Origin: a virus
Lineage: Duplodnaviria > Caudoviricetes
DNA: 64,000 nt
Virus record (IMG/VR): IMGVR_UViG_3300028805_000046
Location: 1 to 64,000 of that record
Direction: 5' to 3' (one strand)
Part shown: in pieces, positions 56,445-64,000 of the stretch
How positions within the stretch are numbered: the first letter of the stretch is position 1
Layout: each line of letters begins with the position of its first letter
Notes under the pieces: generated by a model
Seen by the model: the letters and a program-made list of their open reading frames with translations, nothing else
What the model was told of the DNA's origin: nothing
Databases searched by the model: none
Made by a program: the position numbers and the translations under genes

Positions 56445-57047
56445 ATGCCAAGATTCGCAAAGAAAGGTTCAACTCGCATTGATATTTTGAAAAAGATGTT
56501 TGATGAGATGAAGAAAGACGAAAACGGTCGCTTATATGAAATCGGCGACGATGAGATAGCAAATATTACAGAATTTGAAGCAATTCCTGAAAGTCGTCAC
56601 AATGAACTTATTGAGGCATACATTGAAGAAAAGCTTGCTTATCGTGAAGATTCTAAGGCATGTAAAGATCTACAAAAGATTAACTTTGACTTTGAGAACT
56701 GTGGTTATACAGATGACAAGGATAATTATCCTAATCATAACCCTAAAGTCCATGATAATGGAAAAGACGCTGCTTTCAATCAACTACCAGACGGAACCGC
56801 AATCATTTGGGGTTGGGCAGGCGGTGACTGGGAGATGGATGTAAATTTCATTCTTTATCTTGACCCATCAAACACAATCAGAGCTTACATTCCTTCTGAA
56901 GGAAATGTTTATTGCCATAAATGCAAAGCTGCTTATGGATCATGCGACTGCGATGAAGATGAACTTCCGAACCTTGAGGAAGAAGGTATCATCCACGAAT
57001 TTGACAAAATGTACGCAGATGTCTGCAACAGAATCCAAACCAAGTAA
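56445..57047 (+). CDS. hypothetical protein
   Basis: DL.KINFDFEN, AGGDWE, IRAYIP..GN, CHKC. Confidence 0.7.
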   Translation: MPRFAKKGSTRIDILKKMFDEMKKDENGRLYEIGDDEIANITEFEAIPESRHNELIEAYIEEKLAYREDSKACKDLQKINFDFENCGYTDDKDNYPNHNPKVHDNGKDAAFNQLPDGTAIIWGWAGGDWEMDVNFILYLDPSNTIRAYIPSEGNVYCHKCKAAYGSCDCDEDELPNLEEEGIIHEFDKMYADVCNRIQTK

Positions 57048-57058
57048 GGAGAACTAAA

Positions 57059-57508
57059 ATGGGAAAATATGTTTCTTCTCGTTCTGCAGATAAATTGCAG
57101 TTTGATGTCAATACTGTAAAGCTTGGACAACTTCCAGGCATCTTTGACACGATTACACAGCAAGGCGGTTTCTTCAAGAAATTTGCTGATATGTGGAAGG
57201 AAGGCGAAAATTATATTGGCGATGAAGACGAAGGCCTGATGGAATATGATACCGACGAGACTTTGGAAGTTCTTCATATTGATGATGAAGATATGAAGAC
57301 TTTCAAGCTCGCAGATGCTTTTTCGCATACTGACTTCTGGATAAATCCGGCTTTTGAAAATACAGTTCTTGCAGACATTAAAGGCGGCGTTGCTTCTAAG
57401 TCTCTTTATGGTGTCCTTTCTAAAGGACATTCTGATGAAGCAAGCATTTTGGTTTTTTATGAAAAAGACACTGGGACTGTGATAGGATATGAAGTAGATG
57501 TTGACTAA
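57059..57508 (+). CDS. acidic hypothetical protein
   Basis: Same TAAGGAGAACTAAAATG RBS as the previous gene. Confidence 0.65.
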   Translation: MGKYVSSRSADKLQFDVNTVKLGQLPGIFDTITQQGGFFKKFADMWKEGENYIGDEDEGLMEYDTDETLEVLHIDDEDMKTFKLADAFSHTDFWINPAFENTVLADIKGGVASKSLYGVLSKGHSDEASILVFYEKDTGTVIGYEVDVD

Positions 57509-57770
57509 AACAGTTCTGCCAACTCTTTACATTCAAGATGAAGAATCTTTTAAGAATGCTCTCATCAGACTTCACTTCATAAAAGCAAGCACAGAAACTG
57601 GTCTTGACTGCAGGTACGGCGACTATTCTTTTTCTTGTAGACTTATTAAGGCTTTAGGCTGTAAATGCTTTGAAGACCTTAAAAGTCATTTCAATCGTAT
57701 TGAACTGAATAAGCAGAAACAAGACAAGATTAATGAAATGAGAGCAGAAAGAAACAAGTGGGAGGTGTAA
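57498..57770 (+). CDS. tag-family protein (divergent tag)
   Basis: Ends INEMRAERNKWEV*. Confidence 0.55.
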   Translation: MLTKTVLPTLYIQDEESFKNALIRLHFIKASTETGLDCRYGDYSFSCRLIKALGCKCFEDLKSHFNRIELNKQKQDKINEMRAERNKWEV

Positions 57771-57771
57771 A

Positions 57772-58038
57772 ATGTGTCTTTGCTGTGACTTGGTAGGAAA
57801 AAGAATTCCTAAGCATCTTGCACAAAAGATTGAAAAGAATCCTGCCACAAGACGCCTTTATGATGAATTCCGAGAATATGACGTTGACATTCAGGAAATT
57901 CTTGCTGTCTTTGATAAGTATAACTGGGATCCGATAAGAGCTAGGAAAGAAAATGAAGGAAAACTTATGGCTTTGAAGAAAAACAAGGAAAAGAAAATCA
58001 AAATCCGCGAAGCCGGCGACGAATTTGTAGTTGATTAA
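57772..58038 (+). CDS. tag-family protein
   Basis: Ends KIREAGDEFVVD*. Confidence 0.6.
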   Translation: MCLCCDLVGKRIPKHLAQKIEKNPATRRLYDEFREYDVDIQEILAVFDKYNWDPIRARKENEGKLMALKKNKEKKIKIREAGDEFVVD

Positions 58039-58209
58039 ATGCAAATTTAAGCAGTTTTTTCGTCAAAAATGACTTTAGAGCCTGTTTTTCGTCCGCAGCG
58101 ATAATTTATATTGGTTTGGGTAAAAGAGGCTCAAAATTCATTTCTGAGATTCTTACTTACCGCGGAAAATTTTCATAATTTTTGAATTTTTCTGAAAACT
58201 TTATTAAAT

Positions 58210-58530
58210 TTGAACTCAAATACAGAAAAATCCTATTTCTGTCTCGGAGTTCAACACAATGAATTGTCGGTTAAGATTAGGTTAGACGTAGAAAAGGTGG
58301 TTCTGCAATAAAAGTCTAAACACCAGCGAAGAAAAGAGTAACGATCTTTTCATACAGCCGTCACACGCATTATGGAATGTAGTCGGAGTACAGGGTGACC
58401 GTCCCGTAAGTCCATAAGTAAGCCGTCTTGCAACGTCATACGGTTCAACAGTTATAAGAAAAAAAGACTGCTGTTACTGGAGACTGTAAGTTCCCCTCTA
58501 GGGCTTACTGTCTCCGGTTTCCAGTTACAG
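58210..58530 (+). ncRNA. candidate structured ncRNA / long structured leader
   Basis: No convincing ORF; at least six stems; preceded by a TAAATT -10-like box. Confidence 0.45.
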
Positions 58531-58553
58531 AAAAAAAGAATTTGATTTTGAAT

Positions 58554-59015
58554 ATGAAACTTTTACCAATGAAAAACAGAGTTTATCGTCTAGATACTGA
58601 CTTAATTCATAGCGCTATTCGTGATGCGATGGCGCATGAAAAATTTGTCGGTAAGAAGTTACGAACTGCACTTGTGTTAAAAGGAAATCCGTTCAGTCTT
58701 TGTTTCTGGAAATTTGCTGTAAGATTTGCAGAAGAATACCGTAGATTCTTTCCTGAAAAGATGGTTGATGAATTTCTCGATGCAGAAGTTGACTATCGTA
58801 CAAATGAAGCCATCGTCTATCAAGTAAAGAAACATGCAGTAAAACATCTTGGAAAGTTTTTCCGTGAAAATCTCGCTGAATATGTTCTTGATTTCGTTAC
58901 GAAGCATGAACAGGAATTTGATAAGACTCCGGAAATGTACAAAGAGTTTATAAATAACTTGAAGAAATTTGCAGAAATAAAAATTGCAGCAGTAGAATAT
59001 TCAGAGGAAACATGA
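58554..59015 (+). CDS. tag-family protein
   Basis: Ends EIKIAAVEYSEET*. Confidence 0.6.
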   Translation: MKLLPMKNRVYRLDTDLIHSAIRDAMAHEKFVGKKLRTALVLKGNPFSLCFWKFAVRFAEEYRRFFPEKMVDEFLDAEVDYRTNEAIVYQVKKHAVKHLGKFFRENLAEYVLDFVTKHEQEFDKTPEMYKEFINNLKKFAEIKIAAVEYSEET

Positions 59016-59269
59016 CATTTAAAGAATTAAGTTCTAGAGTCCAAGACACTTATAGCGACTCTGAAGAAATCAAAAGCATTACTGGTGATGACAAGCATTT
59101 TATCATTAAGTTCATTGATGACAAGACACAGTTTCTTGTAGCGACAGATCCTTCTGTTGAAGGTAAGTTTTTCTTGGCGATTTTTGAAGGAAAGAAAAAG
59201 GTAGACGCTGACTGGGTTGAGGATAAAGAAGTTCTGCTTAACATTGAAAAGCAGATTGAGGTTTTGTAA
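59012..59269 (+). CDS. hypothetical protein
   Basis: ATGA overlap, GAGG RBS. Confidence 0.6.
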   Translation: MTFKELSSRVQDTYSDSEEIKSITGDDKHFIIKFIDDKTQFLVATDPSVEGKFFLAIFEGKKKVDADWVEDKEVLLNIEKQIEVL

Positions 59270-60087
59270 TGGCTCTTGTTGAGGATATAAAGAAAAGAAA
59301 CATTCAGATTTTTGAAAGCAATCAGGAAATGCTCGCAAATGATGAACGAGCACAAAAATGCATCGCCGCTTCTATCAAGCGTCAAGAATTCATTAGTAAA
59401 GACACTTTGATTCCTTGGAAAGAAAGATTTGCTGAACCTGCAAAAGTTATCATTTCGCATCGTTCAACTCTTGACGCCGCAAGACGCTATCATGAAGGAA
59501 AGACAGCAGTCTTGAATTTTGCATCAGCGACGAACCCTGGAGGCGGAGTTCTTAAAGGTTCTAACGCACAGGAAGAATGCATCTGCCGTTGCTCTACGCT
59601 TTACAACTGCCTGAATACTGCAGAAATGTTGAAGCAGTTTTATCAGCCGCATCGTAATGCTCATAACCAGCTTAACAATGATGACATTATCTATACGCCT
59701 TATGTCGTAGTTACTTTAGACGATTACTACAAGCTTCTTGAGTCTTCTTACATGGTCGACGTCATTACTTGTGCAGCTCCGAATCTTCGTCCTGATAAAG
59801 ATGGAAAGGAAATAAAGATTAGCAATGAAGATCTTTATGAACTTCATCAGAAGCGTGTGACTCGCATTCTTGCTGCGGCTGCTGCGCATAACGTAGACAA
59901 CATCATTCTTGGAGCATTTGGTTGCGGCGCGTTCAGAAATGATCCTGAAATAGTCGCTAAGGCTTATAAGACTGTTCTTCCGAGATTCGCAAAATGCTTT
60001 AAGAACATTGAGTTTGCGATTTACTGTAGTAAAGACAGTGATAGAAACAACTTCTATGCTTTTCATAAAGTACTTGGAGGAAAATGA
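59269..60087 (+). CDS. bacterial-type PARG/macrodomain ADP-ribosyl hydrolase (TIGR02452/DUF2263-like)
   Basis: LNFASATNPGGG..GSNAQEE.ICR.S, ITCAAPN, LGAFGCGAF.N. Confidence 0.9.
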   Translation: MALVEDIKKRNIQIFESNQEMLANDERAQKCIAASIKRQEFISKDTLIPWKERFAEPAKVIISHRSTLDAARRYHEGKTAVLNFASATNPGGGVLKGSNAQEECICRCSTLYNCLNTAEMLKQFYQPHRNAHNQLNNDDIIYTPYVVVTLDDYYKLLESSYMVDVITCAAPNLRPDKDGKEIKISNEDLYELHQKRVTRILAAAAAHNVDNIILGAFGCGAFRNDPEIVAKAYKTVLPRFAKCFKNIEFAIYCSKDSDRNNFYAFHKVLGGK

Positions 60088-60455
60088 TGGAAACTATATT
60101 CACAATTTGCTGCGGATTCATGTTTTTTATAGTGGGTCTTGTGGCTGCAATTCTTTTAACTATCTTCATTGACATAATCTTTGATCTTGACTTGAATGTT
60201 TTCTGGGTATTAGACGCAGTTCATTTCATTATTGTTTTTCCAATAATGCTTGCATTCTTGACACTTCGCTTCAAATTGCAGAAACGAAAGGAATGTATCT
60301 TCTATTTCTTCGTGTTTAGCAACATTGAAGCAAGCATTGTCAGAAAGATGGGATACGACTTTGAATGCGACGATGAGGAATACACCGTCCAGAACATATT
60401 CGGCGCAAAGTGGGAACGAATAGACACAACTACTACCGTCTTTAGGAGAAAGTAA
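60084..60455 (+). CDS. membrane protein
   Basis: Two TM helices. Confidence 0.55.
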   Translation: MMETIFTICCGFMFFIVGLVAAILLTIFIDIIFDLDLNVFWVLDAVHFIIVFPIMLAFLTLRFKLQKRKECIFYFFVFSNIEASIVRKMGYDFECDDEEYTVQNIFGAKWERIDTTTTVFRRK

Positions 60456-60632
60456 GATGGATCATCAAACACAAGTACAACTTTATCTTGCTTCACATAC
60501 TAATGATCTTGACTATGCTGTAGCACAGACCGCTGCGCCGGCTTTGTATGGAGGCATGATTATCATTGCCTTATATGTACTTATCAGGATACTTGTAGGC
60601 ATCTTTAAACACTTCTTCGTGGAGGAAGATAA

Positions 60633-60890
60633 ATGAAAATAAAATCACTTAAACAAGATTTACCGCCACTACTTATGATAGTGGCTTTTGTTTTCTTGCT
60701 TGTCGCTGCGCTTACTGGCAAGATTGACAAGATAGACGCAGCATTAGAGCCTTTCTGTACGAAGACTTTACCAGCGGCAGTTTCTGTCGTTGTGCCTGAA
60801 AGCGTTCAGAAAAGCAACTTTAACCCAAGAAAATGGGTTATACATTATAACTGGAAAGAAATTCAAAAGGGCGAGTTCCCAAGGAGATAA
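60633..60890 (+). CDS. membrane-anchored protein
   Basis: Single TM; GGAGG RBS. Confidence 0.55.
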   Translation: MKIKSLKQDLPPLLMIVAFVFLLVAALTGKIDKIDAALEPFCTKTLPAAVSVVVPESVQKSNFNPRKWVIHYNWKEIQKGEFPRR

Positions 60891-60892
60891 AG

Positions 60893-61477
60893 ATGGCAAA
60901 TAAATTTACCACAAAGATTGATGAGATGTTCGTGAAGTACGGACGTCCAGACGGAAATGATAAATACATCATCTTAGGCTACTGTCATTCAGGCGATGAA
61001 GATGGTGGAACAGATGATTATGAATATTTTGACTGTGTTTATGAAAGCGATGTTGCAGGCCATCGTGCTGGTAAAGAACGCCGTCCTCACTGTCTTTTTT
61101 CACAGACAGAAGATCTTGATGAAGACTTTGAAAAAGATTGGGACAACTTGACAAATCAGATCTGGGACGCATTCCGTTCAAAGATGCGAGAAGGCATGTT
61201 TGAAAGCACGAACTGCTACTGGTCTCGCTATTTCGCAGTTACAAAGGATCATAAACTCGTGTCATTCGTTTCTCGTGGCGACATGAGCGATGGCGATGAA
61301 GACATCGTAGATCTTGACACTTATAGTAAGGAACAAGCAGATACTGCTGCTGACTATGAACTTCTTGGCTACATTCAAGAAAAATGCGAAGGCATTAAGT
61401 CAAATTTGAGCGACATGACGCATGACGAAATTCGTCAAAAGGCAATCGCTGCAATTAAGGAACTCATAAAGGAGTAA
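60893..61477 (+). CDS. acidic hypothetical protein
   Basis: AAGGAG RBS. Confidence 0.65.
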   Translation: MANKFTTKIDEMFVKYGRPDGNDKYIILGYCHSGDEDGGTDDYEYFDCVYESDVAGHRAGKERRPHCLFSQTEDLDEDFEKDWDNLTNQIWDAFRSKMREGMFESTNCYWSRYFAVTKDHKLVSFVSRGDMSDGDEDIVDLDTYSKEQADTAADYELLGYIQEKCEGIKSNLSDMTHDEIRQKAIAAIKELIKE

Positions 61478-61508
61478 AAATGGAATTTCTTTTGGGAATT
61501 TTCGTTGG

Positions 61509-61829
61509 ATGGTTAATCTGGGGGAGACAATGACAAAATTACTTACTTACGCAAACATTCTTGGTTTTAAGGCATTCATAATAATGTACAGCGCTGCTGT
61601 CATGATTGGGATGGTTCTTTACAATATCATTTTAAAACAAGTTCTAGCAGTTCTTTGGGTTGCTGCAGAACACATGCCTGATGATTTTGGCTCAGAAAAA
61701 GTTGATGATGCAGTTGGTTCTGCTGCAAAGTCCTTCGCTGGCTTCGTAGACAATCACGTCTTCAAGCAGCCAGAGCCAAACTACGAAATTGTGCCTGACG
61801 AAGAGTATAAAGCAAATTTTAAGTTCTAG
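61509..61829 (+). CDS. membrane protein (start uncertain)
   Basis: TM segment. Confidence 0.5.
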   Translation: MVNLGETMTKLLTYANILGFKAFIIMYSAAVMIGMVLYNIILKQVLAVLWVAAEHMPDDFGSEKVDDAVGSAAKSFAGFVDNHVFKQPEPNYEIVPDEEYKANFKF

Positions 61830-61849
61830 CTTCTTTATGTAAAATCTTT

Positions 61850-61857
61850 TATAAATA
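61850..61857 (+). promoter_or_regulatory. late promoter TATAAATA
   Basis: Intergenic exact match. Confidence 0.5.
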
Positions 61858-61899
61858 TTTTGTTTAGTTCTTCGTGAACTTTTAGATTTTGGAGGCAGT

Positions 61900-62085
61900 A
61901 TGACTGACGAACAGATGAAGAAATTCATGGAAGACCAGATAGAAGAGATTCAGATACATAAGTGGATTGAATCTGAAAAAGCAGGTCATGATCTTGGTTC
62001 TGAAGCAATAAAAGATTTTATCAAGAACCACGCAGCAAAATTTAGAGAGGATTGGCTTAAGAACCATCCTGACTGCGATAAATAA
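61900..62085 (+). CDS. DUF4032-like small protein
   Basis: EEI..HKWIESEKAGHDLG..AI.D...HA..FR. Confidence 0.7.
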   Translation: MTDEQMKKFMEDQIEEIQIHKWIESEKAGHDLGSEAIKDFIKNHAAKFREDWLKNHPDCDK

Positions 62086-62103
62086 ACAAAAAGGAGTTTT
62101 AAG

Positions 62104-62577
62104 ATGGAAAAATTAGACGAAGCACTTCGCATTGACGGATTTGACGCAGAAACTCAAAAAGAATTTGACAAGCTCTGCGCATATCTTTCTGTTTTCAAGC
62201 ACAGAGCAAAGCCTTCTAGCCCACGCTATGTGACTAAGCTTAATGAATTTCAGTTGAAGTTCATGGCATTCATTGACAAGGCGACTACTAATCGTGCTAA
62301 GCTGCAGATTAAGTCATACATTTCTGAAATTCAGAACTTGCTTCAGAAAGCAGAAGTTGCTCCGCCAAAGGAAAAGCCAGTAAATCTTGGCGGTGGAAAG
62401 GTTCGTCAGGTTAGAACCGCGGCCAAGCCAGCTCCTTCTTATGCAAGCGAAACTGGTGGAGAGTATTACGACAACGGAGTTCATGTTTACGAAGCACCTG
62501 CTGACGAAGATGAACCCGAAGAAGTTCAGACTGCTCTCCGCACATTGCGCCGTAACGGAGCAAGAGTTTCACGATAA
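62104..62577 (+). CDS. late protein with leader-like motifs
   Basis: GATAAATA upstream; N-terminal LDE|AL; C-terminal VQTALRTLRRNGA. Confidence 0.55.
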   Translation: MEKLDEALRIDGFDAETQKEFDKLCAYLSVFKHRAKPSSPRYVTKLNEFQLKFMAFIDKATTNRAKLQIKSYISEIQNLLQKAEVAPPKEKPVNLGGGKVRQVRTAAKPAPSYASETGGEYYDNGVHVYEAPADEDEPEEVQTALRTLRRNGARVSR

Positions 62578-62598
62578 AGAACCTAGAGAAAATTTTTG

Positions 62599-62624
62599 AG
62601 GCGCATGAAAATGCGCCTTTTTTT
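62599..62624 (+). terminator. intrinsic terminator followed by TATATT
   Basis: AGGCGCAT/ATGCGCCT stem + T tract. Confidence 0.75.
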
Positions 62625-62658
62625 GTTATATTTTGACTACCAAATAGGAGTAATTTTT

Positions 62659-63066
62659 ATGTTACAAGCAAAAACACTTGAAAAGATGGTTGGGAATAAG
62701 CAAGAGCCCGAAGTTCACGATGAAGCATGGCTTCACAATCCAATTCGTTTGAAGCAAATCATCAAAGCGTCTGCTGACGCCTGCGGCATCGTTCTCAAAA
62801 ATCCAAAACAGAACTGTCCGAAATGTCACGGCCGTGGATGGACTGCAGTTGATGTAAAGACTGGTCTTCCAGTTGTCTGCCGCTGTATCTTCCATTCTGA
62901 AGACAAGCACAATCCGAATGAAGTATCTCCGTACTATCTTCGCCCGCACAACCGTGCTGAACGCCGCGCTCAACAAAAGTGGCTTCTCAAACATCCACAG
63001 GAAGTGAATAAAGAAAAGAACAAAGTTGATTTCAGCGACATGGCTATTGAGGAGGATAGAGACTAA
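62659..63066 (+). CDS. zinc-finger protein
   Basis: CPKCHGRG...CRC; NRAERR. Confidence 0.65.
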   Translation: MLQAKTLEKMVGNKQEPEVHDEAWLHNPIRLKQIIKASADACGIVLKNPKQNCPKCHGRGWTAVDVKTGLPVVCRCIFHSEDKHNPNEVSPYYLRPHNRAERRAQQKWLLKHPQEVNKEKNKVDFSDMAIEEDRD

Positions 63067-64000
63067 TGGCGAAGATTATCAGTAATGTGTGGGTTGAGAA
63101 ATATCGTCCAAAGCATGTGAAGGACATCGTTCTTCCAGAATCTTTTAAGAAATTTTTCAACGACTTGATTAAGGAAGGCAATGAAGTAGGCATTCCGAAT
63201 ATTCTTTTGTCTTCGCCAACTCCAGGTACTGGTAAGACTACTATCGCTAAGGCAATCGTTGCTGACTTGAACGCTGATGCGATGTACATCAACGCTTCTT
63301 CTGAAAACTCGATTGATGTTTTGCGTAGCCAAATTGCTGGCTTTGCCAGCACAATGTCCTTCAATGGCGGTCGTAAGATCGTTATCTTGGACGAAGCGGA
63401 TGGTTTGACGCCTCAGTTCCAGAAGGCATTACGTGCATTTATTGAAGAATTTTCAAGTTCATGCCGTTTCATTTTGACTTGCAATAACATCGGCAAGATC
63501 ATTGATCCGTTGAAGCAAGGCCGTACGATGGTGTTTGACTTTGACATGGGCAAACAGAAAGATGAACTTATTCCAAAAATCACTGCACGTCTTGAAGGCA
63601 TTCTTAAACATGAAGAAGTGCCGTTTGAACATGAAGCAGTTCAGCGAATTGCAGAAAGGACATTCCCGTCTATTCGTAAAGCAATTTCGTTCTGTCAGCA
63701 GTATGCGAAGATTCATGGCAAGATTGATGAAGAAGCAGTGCCGAAGAACACTGACATTGACCTTGTAACGACATTCATCGGTGGCGAAAAGCCAAATGTG
63801 ACTGCGACAAGAGCATTCATTGAAAATGAAGGTCTTTCTGCAACTGAAGTATTCCATGCATTGTTTACGCATTTTGTGCCGCATGAAAAGTGCGTCAAGA
63901 AAGCACAGGCGACGATTCTTCTTGCCGATTATGAATACCGTTCAATGATTTCAGCAGATCCATCATTGCAGATCGCTGCTTGTCTTATTGAACTTGCGGG
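63066..64000 (+). CDS. 44: clamp loader ATPase subunit (gp44/RFC small), runs off the window end
   Basis: Read manually: WVEKYRP, PGTGKTT, INAS, ILDEADG, RFILTCN. Confidence 0.93.
   Translation, partial: MAKIISNVWVEKYRPKHVKDIVLPESFKKFFNDLIKEGNEVGIPNILLSSPTPGTGKTTIAKAIVADLNADAMYINASSENSIDVLRSQIAGFASTMSFNGGRKIVILDEADGLTPQFQKALRAFIEEFSSSCRFILTCNNIGKIIDPLKQGRTMVFDFDMGKQKDELIPKITARLEGILKHEEVPFEHEAVQRIAERTFPSIRKAISFCQQYAKIHGKIDEEAVPKNTDIDLVTTFIGGEKPNVTATRAFIENEGLSATEVFHALFTHFVPHEKCVKKAQATILLADYEYRSMISADPSLQIAACLIELA

Noticed and set aside
58210-58530. tRNA, tmRNA or self-splicing intron
   Set aside because: No cloverleaf or T-loop consensus, no tag reading frame, and no interrupted gene recognisable by eye.
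528-63898. Many minus-strand and nested ORFs in the six-frame track
   Set aside because: They shadow well-supported + strand genes and lack RBSs or motifs; only 1385-2037 and 17239-17712 are accepted on the minus strand.
1-64000. Stop-codon reassignment as in some gut jumbo phages
   Set aside because: Core genes are full length in the standard code, and TAG, TGA and TAA all end genes directly before the next RBS or start.

Overview
64-kb segment of a large T4-like (Tevenvirinae-related, likely jumbo) lytic dsDNA phage using the standard genetic code. It is almost entirely + strand and densely coded. All homology calls come from motif recognition, not database searches. A Fibrobacter-type pilin N-terminus suggests a Fibrobacterota host (inference). 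Core replication genes: family-B DNA polymerase (gp43), UvsX, gp41 helicase, gp32 SSB, probable gp33/gp59, gp45 clamp, gp44 clamp loader (truncated), RNase H, RuvC-like resolvase, gp4-like nuclease and an AEP primase. Four notable systems: (1) About 12 otherwise unrelated small proteins, 7 of them in a tightly overlapping array at 28.4-30.3 kb, share a C-terminal tag, I-[RK]-x-A-A-x-x-[WYF]-x(1-4)-stop. Some carry captured fragments of the major capsid protein gp23 or the NrdD glycyl-radical loop as cargo, and a third gp23 fragment (Gol region) is appended to a glycosyltransferase. This is a candidate 'bait + tag' decoy/adaptor system. (2) A cytosine hypermodification pathway: dCMP hydroxymethylase, dNMP kinase, dCTPase-like protein, ThyX, and a DNA glycosyltransferase with a HAD/SIS/AlsE-like epimerase/NTP-transferase-kinase sugar operon, suggesting an unusual sugar on hmC. 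(3) Late-expressed proteins sharing an N-terminal leader like a capsid-targeting/prohead-protease signal, plus a possibly packaged NTase + HIGH-ligase + nuclease trio. (4) A ~330-nt multi-hairpin non-coding element at 58.2-58.5 kb. I found no tRNA, rRNA, CRISPR array or integrase.
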